Positions 38,171-49,328 of a stretch of DNA of 64,000 nucleotides are shown in pieces. Position 1 is the first letter of the stretch; every line of letters begins with the position of its first letter. Source of the stretch: Curvularia clavata (Eukaryota); the NCBI GenBank assembly GCA_023920165.1, contig CP089275.1, positions 558,001 to 622,000 on the forward strand, written 5' to 3'. The position numbers and the translations under genes were made by a program. The notes under the pieces are model-generated. The model was not told where the DNA came from and searched no databases. It saw only the letters and a program-made list of their open reading frames with translations.

Positions 38171-39833
38171 ATGCCGCCAAGAAACAATTGTAAAAGCAGC
38201 GCCTCAAAGCCGAGGAGAAAGAATGCTAAAAGCCCTGACTACATATGGGTACAACTGACAGAGGAGGCACGCGCCAAGCAAGGCAAGAGGACGGAATTTT
38301 ACTTCCACGGTCAGATCTGCAGTGATAAGAAGATAAAGAAAAACATTGCAAAGAATGCTCTTACAGATCTTACCTATGCCCGTAAGTATCAAATTACAAC
38401 AAAACTTGGAGGCTACTGAACGGTCCTGCTAGGCGCACGAGGGATGCCTGCGACGCCCAAAGGATGGAGGGCGAGGTCACCTGAACCCCATAAGGAAGAA
38501 TCTAACGGGGAAGAGCTCGATTCCATGGAACTCACTACTAACCTGGTTCAACGATTCGGTGTCAGGGATCTGACCAATGACAAAGAAGTCCTGTATGGTT
38601 TCTTGAATACGAACGGCCGTGTCTTATCCGAAAACTTATCCAAGAACCTGGATGAGTTTATACGGTATATCCGATGGGTTCGATGTCCCGCTGATGTCTT
38701 ACGAGCAGCATTATTTCTGGCGTGCAAAGCTGGCTCAGACCGCATAGTCACTATCCTACTATCATGTGGAGTCAGTCCCAATTCGAGGGATGACGATGGC
38801 ATCCCATGCCTTATGGTCGCATCGTTGTATAACTCGGAGAGCATTGTTAAAATATTGCTCGAGGCTGGCGCTGATGTTGACTTGACTGATCGATCAGGGA
38901 GGACGTCGTGGGACCTCATTCACGGCTCAAGCAAACACGAATCCATTGCCTCAATGCTATGGCAAAAAGGTCTCGAATATCATGATCCGAAGATCCTGGA
39001 AGCTGCTGCCGCTAGATATGCAAACAAGATACAATTAGCGATTGAGAACGACGTAGATCCATCAAACACTCCAAAACTCGGACGCTTTGGGCCCACCTTC
39101 GTTGCAAGGTCTGGGCAAATGTCTGGGGTACCTAGGATTCTAGGGACAGGGCAGACACCTTTGGTACGTATAGTTCTAGCGACACTTGTGCTTCACTGAT
39201 GGGTTCCTATAGAGTGATGCGACTCTCGAAGCTGCCGTAGTAATCATCGAAGCGGGCGCCGCCGATATCATTAAGACGGCTCGTTCGGCAACGACTCCGC
39301 TTGACGTCGCTCGTGGTCCTATGCCGATTCAAAAACCGCTTCCAGGACGGCTAGCGATGCCAGATATCAAGGAGGTCCCCATTACAAACGGGATGAAGAA
39401 TATGCGGATAGACAGGAGAGGTCAATGCGTCCTCAACGAACGAGACCTCAACGGTGAGGACAGAAGCAAGGGTAGAGACTCGGCCAGTCAGCCTATACCT
39501 GTCAAAAAAGATAACAGGGAGGGCAGAAACTCAGCCACTCAACCCGTTCCTATCAAACAAGGTAGCAGACAGGTAGCAGATGTCAGCCCTTCTCCCATGT
39601 CATGGCTGTATACAGCCCTAGGTGCTCCAGAGGTACTCAAGGAATCTCCGTACAAGCTGAGCCGAATGCTTGGCGTGAGTACCCATTCTGCTGCAATGTC
39701 CATAGATGGATCTTCCTATCGTCCTTCTGCCCCTGGACAAGCATCAGATTCACTAAGAGCAATACTGGGGAAAAGCAACCAGGGATCGCACAAGTCGTGG
39801 GCAACTACTCCTCCTATGCGTACACCACGATGA
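38171..39833 (+). CDS. Ankyrin-repeat protein with a basic N-terminus, 3 exons
   Basis: Introns 38382-38432 and 39164-39212 join three ORFs in frame. Ankyrin repeats ALFLACKAGSDRIVTILLSCGVSPNSRDDDGIPCLMVAS and IVKILLEAGADVDLTDRSGRT. Confidence 0.85.
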
Positions 39834-40383
39834 CGCAGCTTTCATGACTTCAAAAATCTGTACATTCTCGTATTCTGTATTTAAAGCTGGCGTTTGGCAT
39901 TCTTCGGTTATGCAAACTCTTAATAGAACTTTAGAGGTAATGATTCCTAGCACTATATATATGACTCATGATATCCTTATGATCAAGCATCTCGGCCCTT
40001 GATGCAATATTGTATACTGTTATTAAAGAGGCAGAACGACTATGCGTGCGAAATACTTTACTATGTTCCTATGTACATAGTAAGACTGGTAAATGGCGAC
40101 CTACCTTAAAGGTAATTGTAGTTGCCACAAGCATGTAATTTTTGGCTATGTTCTTAGCATTGACAGCTCTACTTTCAAAAATAGTGGTAGTTGTCACAGC
40201 CATATGTTGTCTCTATTCGTAATTTTGAATTTTGGATTTTGGATTTTGCTGGTTGTGGGAGAGTTAAACGACTTGGGTTTTCCTAGACATACCTAACAGC
40301 GACAAAAAAACGAGTACACAAAAATCGCACTCTAAGCTCTTTTTAGATCGTAAGAACATACAAAAAAGATACAAAAAAAGACA

Positions 40384-40470
40384 CGAAGCCCAAGGGGCTC
40401 GAACCCTCAACCTTTGGTGAACAGGCAAACAAGGCCGAAAACCAACGCGCTACCATTGCGCCAAGGCTCC
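40384..40470 (-). tRNA. tRNA-Arg(TCG) with a 15-nt intron (40420-40434)
   Basis: Minus strand reads GGAGCCT TG GCGC AATGGTA GCGC G TTGGT TT TCG G [intron] C ACCAA AGGTT GAGGG TTCGAGC CCCTT GGGCTTC G. All stems pair, and a downstream T-run could act as the Pol III terminator. Confidence 0.95.
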
Positions 40471-41039
40471 AATGCTAGTTTTGATATAAAATTCGTCCGT
40501 TAAAAACTTCATATCGTCCATTACCATTGTTTCGATAACATCTGGGATCAGCAGCACCTTCGCATGAGCGGGGTGGCAGGTTGAAATTCGGATGGTAAGT
40601 GGGGTAGAGCCTTGGCCGAATCGGCCTATCTGCACTTGCCCCTCATCGCTATCAGCACGTGTGAATAGTTCTGTCCTTTCCCCCTGCTTTTGACGATGCA
40701 AATGGAGTCCAGCATACTGAGTTAGCCCAACTGTATTGACACTGAATATGACTGCCGAGCTATCACTTCCTCATACCGTGCGATAAGATGTCAAATTCAT
40801 AAGCCGGTCCAAAGGCTTAACCATGCAGAGTTCATACATTGTAAAGAATGTTAAATTCATCAACAAGACGAATGAGTGTATATCTACCGATCTACTAGCA
40901 CACCTAGTAGCAACAATAGTATATTACATTGACTGACTGAGCATTCCAAATGTATCCATACGCCAGACCATGCTATCGCTAATCAACAAGACAATGATTG
41001 TACAGGCAACACGTCCTTCAAGGAGCATGGCTGGCAATC

Positions 41040-41882
41040 TCAATTACGCGGCTTTCTCCACAGCTCATCCATATCCAGCTGCTGCTGAGATCGTACACCG
41101 TTGGTGGACTGTGAGGCAGAATACTCGATGCCGCAAGATCCGCGGTCGAGAGCCAGCGTGTTCAGATCCCAGTGTAGTTGCTCTTCGGGATCTGTAGCTA
41201 AACTGGTACGTGTGCGACCCTGAGGTTGAAGCGGGACATGATCGGCTGTCGATGTGTTCGACGCCATCAGCGAGAGTGATAGAGAGTCGAGCTCGTTGGC
41301 AAACTCCATTTCTTCTTTACTAGCTTCCATGGCGGAGCAAATGTTGCTTGGGCGCGTTTTGGCCTTGAGCTCCATCTCGTAGACTTGCTGGTCACGGGAA
41401 AACTCTGCTTCCAGTTGTCGATGTTCGGCATACCATTGATCGTACTGCTCCTGTGGCATTTGCTCGATCGGTGGGTATAAGGCGTTGTGCTGCGCTTGTC
41501 GCTCTTCCCATATCTTGGCCGCCTCGGCTTGGATGCATTCGTGACAGATAAAGGCAGCTCCTACGGTACTCCCATAAGGCTCGACGCAGTTTGCGCCACA
41601 GTCTTCAACCAAATCTGTCCGGATGCGATGCGAGCACAAGAGTTGATGGTAAAGACGACCTTGGCAGGGCGCGAATCGCTTTGACCGTACATTGTTGACT
41701 GTGGGTGCCGAAGACGAAGGTTGTGTGGAGGTGGCAAAGGGCGAGTTTGCGCCACCGCTCTCTGAGCTTGGCGAGCTGGTCCAACCCCATCTACATGCCA
41801 TGACGAGGTTTGCGTGAGACATAACGTCGTTTGAGACTTTAGAAGTCGTTGCAGACCGGAAAGCGCTACTTGAGAAATCCAT
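41040..41882 (-). CDS. Hypothetical protein with a Cys/His (putative zinc-binding) domain, family member 1
   Basis: Open frame from MDFSSS. Contains PCQGRLYHQLLCSHRIRTDLVEDCGANC...FICHEC followed by a helical Glu/Gln-rich region. Confidence 0.8.
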   Translation of the reverse strand: MDFSSSAFRSATTSKVSNDVMSHANLVMACRWGWTSSPSSESGGANSPFATSTQPSSSAPTVNNVRSKRFAPCQGRLYHQLLCSHRIRTDLVEDCGANCVEPYGSTVGAAFICHECIQAEAAKIWEERQAQHNALYPPIEQMPQEQYDQWYAEHRQLEAEFSRDQQVYEMELKAKTRPSNICSAMEASKEEMEFANELDSLSLSLMASNTSTADHVPLQPQGRTRTSLATDPEEQLHWDLNTLALDRGSCGIEYSASQSTNGVRSQQQLDMDELWRKPRN

Positions 41883-42653
41883 GTTGAAGGTGTGCAAAGT
41901 CCAAGTAGGAGTTGAAGGGTATGTATACGGCAGTGTGTCTGCTGACGACACGTGGTTGCCTTGGGAAGGTCCAGATATAGTGTACAAGGTAATCCAAAGA
42001 ACGAAGTGGTTTCCGTTACTGAAAAGCTAACAAAGGAAGCGGTCAAGGGCGTGGTAAAGCAGTTGACGTATTTCGTATGGTCTTGTGAAAGCGCATCGTG
42101 TGTGCACAGGGCACTTGCAGTCGTGTACAACTAACGCTAGCTATGGCAAAGGGCAGGGTCGGTTATCAGCGCCACTGTTGAGCAGCCAAGCGGAAATGTC
42201 AAGACAGAGGCGGACCGATGGCGATGCTTAGGCGGAGGTGCTAACAGAAGCCAGATGAATGATGTGCTGCTGGGATGGAAGGTTGCGGACGAGTGAGAGT
42301 TGATGAGTCGCGACGCGCTGTGCCAGACTCGTGATGGCGCTAAGCCTCGCCCGGCCCGATGACGCTATGGAGGGTTCGAGTTTCGTGCCGACCCCCAGCC
42401 TTCCGAGCCCTGTTGTTTGCGATTAGACCCTAGCAAGTTGTGCGAAACAAATCAAACAGAACGTAAAGTGGACTGTGCAAACTTTTAATCACCATATATC
42501 TTCATGTCCATGCGCCTTATCAGGCGGTATACGGCTGTGCGGATGATCAGGAGGTGGTGGCGAAAAAGCAACAAGAGAAGACCAGTCACTTGACAGTTGT
42601 TTCTATTGCATCTCATTCCCCTAAATCTCCTACAAACTGTTGATATCAGACCC

Positions 42654-44373
42654 CTAGATAAGGAACCTGAAACCACGACCTTGCCCACCACGCGGTACGC
42701 CGTTGATTGCACCCTCGACGTACTCTCCGCGATCCAATTTCTTGTTGAGTCGCACGAGAATGATTCGCATAATGACTGTCATGATGATTGCCAATGCCGC
42801 CGTTGCACAATCTACACTCAAGGGCACAGTCAAGTTTGGCTGGCCCTTCTTTGGCTGTGGATACATGTAACTGGCGTAAATGGAGCTCGAGTTGCTGACC
42901 GCGTTGATGAATGCTAGTGCTGCCGCTCTCTTGGCAGGCGGGCGCGGTAGAGAGTTGGAAATCCAAGCCAGAGCGACAACGTAGCCCGTGTAAACTCCTG
43001 GCACCATGAGCATCATGGCGACATATCGAGGCGCTGTAGAGTGTGTGGCGGCGGCGAGAATGAAGGCTACCACGCCTACACAGAGAGGAATAACGATGTG
43101 GAAGAAACGTTCACCGGTGCGGTCGGCATGCCAAGCATTGAGGTAGGTTGTGATGACCGCAAGGACATAAGGCGGGGCTGTAAGCAGCAGCGTTTCGATG
43201 TTTGGATATCCAAGCGTCTTTACGACAGTGGGGAAGAAGTTCGTGACCGAGGCTGACGAGACAATGGAAAGAAGCAGGATTGTCAAGACCCATGTCTTGA
43301 TGTCCAGCAAGGCCAGTTTGAGGCCGTGGAAGAAAGTCTGCGACTCTGAAGATACCCAATCATCTTCACCAATGTCCTCTTCTAATCGGTAAGCAGCAAG
43401 CTGGCGTTCTTCTTCACTCAGCCACGACGTTGTGCGTGGGAAGTTTGGAAGGATAAAAAATGCACACATGGCAATAGCCACAGTGATGATACCCTAGGAC
43501 TAGTCAGCAATCTCTCTTTCCAAACCCGTCGGATTATCTCACCTCAATTATGAACACCCAACGCCATGACCTCAGCCCTTGTGTTCCATCCATGTTTTTT
43601 GTGATGCCTGCCGTGATGAGGCCGCCAAAGGCACCCGAAATTAATGATCCAGAGTACAGCACTGCTGTCCTGAAACCAAGCTCTTTCCTGGTGTACCATG
43701 TACTGAGATAGAACAAGCATCCCGGAAAATATGCCGCTTCTATGAATCCGAGGAAGAAGCGACATACCACCAGTCCAGCAAAGTTTTGACATGCAGCGGT
43801 AGCTCCGGAGATAATGCCCCAAATAATCATGCAAGTTGGCAAATATATTGCGGGCTTACCGGTCTTGTTGAGAAAGAGATTCGACGGGATTTGCATGAGG
43901 ATGTAGCCGACAAATAGGATCGAGACGGTTGTCTACCCTGGGTCAGCATACAGACTACCCTATTGTGCATAAGGTTTCGCTGCCATCGTACCTGATACTG
44001 CACGCTCGAGAGGTTCAACTCATCCTGGAGACCTGCCAGACGTACGGCTGCAATGTTGTTTCTGTCAAGGTAATCTACCAAGATTAGCATCCGTTTTGCT
44101 CAGCGCGTCGCCAAATCGATCACACTTACTCATGATATACATCAGAATTATCATTGGAAGGAGTCTGGTATCCACCTTTCTCCTCAACCGCTTCTCTGCT
44201 TGCTCTCGTTGCTCGGCCGTCATAGCAGCTACCAGTGGTGGCGGCTGCAACTTTCTCGTTGCCCCATCAGTGCCAGCACCCGCTTCCAGTGTCGTAGGCG
44301 CAATTCTGTCGTCTGAAATTTCTTCCACAGAGGCCTTCTGGTCGGGATCGACCACAGTTGTTATCTCCACCAT
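42654..44373 (-). CDS. MFS transporter, anion:cation symporter (Dal5/Tna1-like) family, 4 exons
   Basis: KVDTRLLP, YLDRNNIA, CRFFLGFIEAAYFPG, WYTRKELGFR, WRWVFIIEG, ILPNFP and AKRAAALA. Confidence 0.94.
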
Positions 44374-45199
44374 GGTTACTCAAACCGCGTGCGTGATGTC
44401 GCAGCTGTGTGTAAAGCAGAAGGTGCGACGTCACCAGCTCAGCGAAAAAGGTGAAAGACGGCAGAAAAGATGAGAGACAAGATTCACCAAGCAACATGTC
44501 AGGGCCCCAAGCTTCCACTTATACGAAGCTTGCCTGCACGTTGGAGCACCATGGCTGGGGTAGCTGCAAGCCATGTACGTCGCCAACTCTCCGCACTGGC
44601 CTAATTACGCATGCATTGTCCCACCACGAGCCTGTACCGACATGCGTACTATAGGGACAACGGGCCGCGGTCGAGGTCAACGAACGTAACAGCATGCAGG
44701 GCAATGGGTGATTGGCCGCGACCACCATGATGAACCAACGCTATCATGCGGTGTGGGGAGGGATGACCAAAGACGGGATGGTGGGTGCCCCGGCTAAGGA
44801 GGATAATATCAGATTGCGGGGTGTTGATCGACCGAGAGGGCCAAACGTCGGTTACAAATTCCGGGGTCACGGGACGGTCAACAATGCGGCAAGCTGCAGC
44901 CGAGTGCTGCGAACCAGTTTGTTCAAGTTAGTTAGATAGCAGAGGCCGATATGACTAACTAATGTCAATGTTGGCTGGAATTCGCTGTCTCTGAATCAGC
45001 ATGTGACTAGCCATCATCATTCACGGGACATTGTATGCAACTATGAGAACAAAAAATAACATTAGAGGAAACTTCTTCGGCACCAAACCTTCATATAACC
45101 AGTTTACCAATCCAACTCCAGTATAGATATCACCGCTGATCCTACACAGTCCCATACCATATATACGCGCTCTTTACTGCGCCCTCATCCTTACCCGTC

Positions 45200-45502
45200 T
45201 TACTCAACAATAGCACTACACGATTGAAGCCCCTCATTCTCAATTCTCGACTTATACGTCGCTCTGCAATGCTCGCTAGTCAAGTTCTCGTACTCACCGT
45301 TGAAGTGCTTCGTGAAACAATGAGTACAGAGAAACCTCGGTAGAATACTAGTATTGGGGTTGGCGCCCTTACAGAGAGGTGAGCACTTCGAGGACGAACC
45401 ATGATTGAAGGCGGATGCTTGCACAATGTGCCCACAGTTGAGCTCGTGGACTACGGATCCTGCACACGGTTCCAAGTGCTTAGTGATGAAGTTAGGGGCC
45501 AT
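45200..45502 (-). CDS. Small (100 aa) Cys/His-motif protein, family member 2
   Basis: PCAGSVVHELNCGH...CSPLC...FLCTHC, the same ligand pattern as the 41.0 and 52.9 kb ORFs. Start context ttcaaaATG. Confidence 0.7.
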   Translation of the reverse strand: MAPNFITKHLEPCAGSVVHELNCGHIVQASAFNHGSSSKCSPLCKGANPNTSILPRFLCTHCFTKHFNGEYENLTSEHCRATYKSRIENEGLQSCSAIVE

Positions 45503-45722
45503 TTTGAAGTTAGTGTTGAAGTTATATAGTCGAGTTGAATACTAGTGTTGGTCAGTTGAATGCTTTGCCACAATAACCGGAGGGGAAACCTGGGTGATAT
45601 ACAATCGAGCGATGATTTTTAAACTACATATTTTACACTACAAACAATGTATGAGGCTAGCCCCAAGCATCATGACGTCCCACAATAAGCTTTTTGATAT
45701 CCCGTGCTGTGTTTCGCGCTAT

Positions 45723-46982
45723 TTACATCGGTGGCGGGTTGAGATCAAGGCCCTCGACAGTGAGCTTGAAGCTGTCCATGCGCGAATAGCTTCCTGCAGA
45801 ATCAAAATCAAGTCTGCCTCGTTCGCAGTCTTCAAAGTCGACTTCGGTGACAATGAGCTCATCCTCTTTTTCCCAGACTGGCCCAGCAAGCACTTCACCA
45901 AGAGGCGATACGATCATCGAGCCACCACGGCAGACATACTCCTCGCCATCTGCAGACGATGAATGAGGTTGCGAAAAGAGCTGCTGTTTGATGCTGGGTG
46001 ACTCTTCTGTAGAGTCGATTGCCGAGGAGTCGCCGTTGATCGTCGAAGCATGTCCTTTGGGGATTGGCAGGCATATCTCATGGCCCTCCTCTGTTATCGT
46101 AATGGTGCTTCGTCGTCGCGCAATACCACTTCCTTGCTGAGATATTCTTCTTCCAACTCCGCTGCTGCTCGAAATGCTGGGTGAGCGGGCTGTCTCTGTC
46201 TTCTTCCCACCTGATATCCATTCCGGAAGATGCTTTTTCTTAACACACTGGTTTGAGCTGATAACGAAGCAGCGCCCCTCGCATCCGACGGTGCGCATGA
46301 GCGCCGCCCATGTATCGCGTGCGTCTGCTGTTGGTGCAAACCAGAGATTGACATTTTGGCTGTAGAGACTCTGTCTCAGCAGCGGCATGTAGTTCTCCCA
46401 GCAAATCGCTGATCCCATGCACAGCTTCACGCCCTTGATCTCGGTCGTCACAGCCCGAAGAGTGTTCGCGCTGCCCATCCCCCAGACCAACCGCTCACTT
46501 CCCGTCGGCATCAACTTCCTCCTCTTGCCGATCACACCCCTCTTCGGGTCTACAAATACGGATCCGCAATACAGGGTCCCTCCAGACTTCTCTACCAGCC
46601 CCGTCACGATGAAGACGCCTGTTTCCCTTGCGATTCTCTCCAGCTCTTCTCTCGTTCCATCACCCCTGTACTCCTTTCCTCGGGGTAGTTCGAGCTTTCG
46701 GTCAACCCAAGCTTCGCCAGCGCCACTCGGCGTATCTCCCATGTCGACAGCATCGTGGAAATAGTGTAGAAACTGTTCACGACCTTCAGGTGCGCGTGCG
46801 CCAACCGCCGCACCAAAAGAGCACGTGCGAGGATATCCGCCCAGATAGGCTTCTGGAAAGAGGAGAATGTCTATTCCCTGGGCTGCGGCACGCTTGGTAG
46901 TAGCTTCAAGAGCTGCCAGAGTTTCCGCAGTTGTGGATAGAGTGCGGGACTGCGCGGATGCGATCTTGAGAATCTGCGGCAT
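45723..46982 (-). CDS. Nitrilase / carbon-nitrogen hydrolase (Nit1-like)
   Basis: Catalytic E-K-C triad in [21 protein letters not shown] and [10 protein letters not shown]-terminal [10 protein letters not shown]. Confidence 0.94.
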   Translation of the reverse strand: MPQILKIASAQSRTLSTTAETLAALEATTKRAAAQGIDILLFPEAYLGGYPRTCSFGAAVGARAPEGREQFLHYFHDAVDMGDTPSGAGEAWVDRKLELPRGKEYRGDGTREELERIARETGVFIVTGLVEKSGGTLYCGSVFVDPKRGVIGKRRKLMPTGSERLVWGMGSANTLRAVTTEIKGVKLCMGSAICWENYMPLLRQSLYSQNVNLWFAPTADARDTWAALMRTVGCEGRCFVISSNQCVKKKHLPEWISGGKKTETARSPSISSSSGVGRRISQQGSGIARRRSTITITEEGHEICLPIPKGHASTINGDSSAIDSTEESPSIKQQLFSQPHSSSADGEEYVCRGGSMIVSPLGEVLAGPVWEKEDELIVTEVDFEDCERGRLDFDSAGSYSRMDSFKLTVEGLDLNPPPM

Positions 46983-47500
46983 TGCGTCGGTGAATTGAAT
47001 CGAGACGAGGTGATGCACAATTGATTAATGACCAGGATACTGAGTTTATATACGATGGGGTGAGAGTAGATTATTTATATACGCGCCTTTGACACATTCT
47101 GGGATGACGGGAGAGTAGCTGTCTTGGTTTACCCCACTGTGGCATTTATTGCCCCGCGCACCGGACAGTGACGGGAGACCGCGGCAATCTGCACGACTTC
47201 GTATACACCGACTAATTAGTGAGTCAAAACATCACCAAATTCTGATCTGAGAGCTCAAGTCGCGAACAGAATGGAAGTCATGAGAGGACGTTGAGCAAGC
47301 AGGGATGTAGTGGAGCCTCTAACTCCAACTCCACTACGACGTCACAGTATGGGTAGATAGCACTAGCAGGACGAGAATTTCTTATTGTCCGCGATCATTC
47401 CACGTGTTACACAACAACACCTTCCATATATCTCACAAAAACCATCGCGCCGTATCCAAGACACATATTTTCGAGAAAGTCTGGAATACCAGTACCCAAA

Positions 47501-48481
47501 ATGTCATCCTCCACCGAGCTTGCGACCCATCTCCAAAAACTCATACCAGATTCACATACCCAACTCCGTGACTCTGTCCTACCATCATTATTGCAATCAA
47601 TACATGCCATCGCAGGCCACCTACGCACATCGCCCAGCGTAACACAAGTCGGTACAGCCAATGCCTTTGGCGACGACCAACTAAACGTAGACGTACTCGC
47701 CGAGGAAGCCATCCGAAAGACCATCAACGATTGTCCCAGTATAGTAACTGCCAGCAGCGAGGAAGACCCAATTGAGAAATCTTCCAAGACAAGCAATAGC
47801 TCAGAGGATGGCGAGCAATACACCCTAGCCTTTGACCCTCTCGACGGCTCTTCCATCATCGCCCCCAACTGGAGCGTAGGCACCATCATCGGAATATGGA
47901 CAGGATCCTCAGCCCTCAACTCACCCCCTTCCACGCACCAAATCGCCTCTATCCTCGGTGTCCTTGGCCCTCGCACCACAGCCATCGTCGCCATCCGCCT
48001 ACCCAACACCCCAGGCACCTGTTTCGAAGTAAGCTACTCCGACTCAGGCACGATGCACGTCGTCCGAGCAGACGTGCAACTCGCCGCCCCAGGAACCTTC
48101 AAGACACGGTACTTCGCACCCGCCAACATGCGCGCAGCCGCCGACGACGAACGCTACATGTCTCTCATCACGCGCATGATTCAGCAAAAGTACACTTTGC
48201 GGTACAGCGGGGGCCTAGTCCCAGACGTCGTTCACGCCCTCGTCAAGGGCCACGGCGTCTACATTTCACCTGTGACGCAGCAAAGCCGCGCCAAACTACG
48301 CCGTCTGTATGAACTAGCGCCCATAGCACTCATTCTCGAATGCGCGGGCGGTGCAGCACTCGACTCGGCAACTGGGATGCCCGTCTTGGGCGAAAACGTG
48401 GCAGATACCGATGAGCGGGGCGGCTTGATATGCGGTACCAAGGAAGACGTAGAAGCTGCCAGACTGGCGCTACTGGGGTAG
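47501..48481 (+). CDS. Sedoheptulose-1,7-bisphosphatase-like protein (class I FBPase superfamily)
   Basis: NAFGDDQLNVDV, ASSEE, FDPLDGSSII, NWSVGTIIGIW, YTLRYSGGLVPDV and KLRRLYELAPIA. Confidence 0.9.
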   Translation: MSSSTELATHLQKLIPDSHTQLRDSVLPSLLQSIHAIAGHLRTSPSVTQVGTANAFGDDQLNVDVLAEEAIRKTINDCPSIVTASSEEDPIEKSSKTSNSSEDGEQYTLAFDPLDGSSIIAPNWSVGTIIGIWTGSSALNSPPSTHQIASILGVLGPRTTAIVAIRLPNTPGTCFEVSYSDSGTMHVVRADVQLAAPGTFKTRYFAPANMRAAADDERYMSLITRMIQQKYTLRYSGGLVPDVVHALVKGHGVYISPVTQQSRAKLRRLYELAPIALILECAGGAALDSATGMPVLGENVADTDERGGLICGTKEDVEAARLALLG

Positions 48482-49328
48482 ATCAGGGTGTTGGCGTTGA
48501 GTTTAAGCAACGACATTGCAGTCATACGTAGTGGTACACTATCGAAGCAAGGTCCCTTTTTTTCTGCACTTCTATTGCTTGTATGGTTCTCTCCATGTGT
48601 AGATCTTTCTGGGCGAAAAGCACCAAGACGGCAGTGGGAAACCGTGCGTGCATTGTTAGACCACTTTTTTTGCTTCTAAACCACGTGCTTCGGGGCCTTT
48701 CGCGGCCGTATTTTCCTTTTCTCCTCCCCACATTCGTCTCCAGATCAGCAAGTGACAGCACATCGCAATTTAGTTAATCGCCGTTAAGCAAAATGTCTCA
48801 AGGCGAACTGACACTGCCGTGCTCTGACAGTGCTGATCGCAGGTCCCGGCATTGAGACTTCCCGCGTGACACTTGCATGGTCCCTGTGTTTGCCCCATAA
48901 TGGGGACGATTGCGTGATAGATTTGGAATGCAAAATGTTTGATAGGCGATGTCGTATTGTTGATCTTTGGGGTGATCTTGAGTTCCGTAGATATGCAGTA
49001 TTGTGGAAGAGGAGAAGAATATGTTTTGATGAGAAACGAGTGTCTTGAGCGCTATTTTACGAAATAAGGGGTATATACATGTACGGTGCTCTATATTGAT
49101 TAAAAAAAAGTTCAAAATACCGCCCAGAAATATGTCATCCATGTGTTCAGCCTTGTTTTTGCTTCAGCATTAACCTTCCGAAGCATGCGTCGTGTAAATT
49201 CAAAAATTCGTCAAGTTTGTAATCATGCGCTCCTGGCGAAAAGGAAATATAATGGTATATGGCTCCAAAGTGAGGGAATGTTGTACAAGATGCGCTAAAG
49301 AGAGGAAGCGTGGGGAAGGGCTCCGTCT

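Noticed and set aside
39840..40380. AT-rich stretch beside the tRNA as a possible RIP-mutated transposon relic
   Set aside because: It is short and shows no terminal repeats or transposase/RT remnants. It is consistent with a 3' UTR and tRNA flank. Only the shared motif is reported.
42330..42400. GGTTCGAG B-box-like motif suggesting a tRNA or SINE
   Set aside because: I could not build a cloverleaf, a good A box or a T-run terminator.
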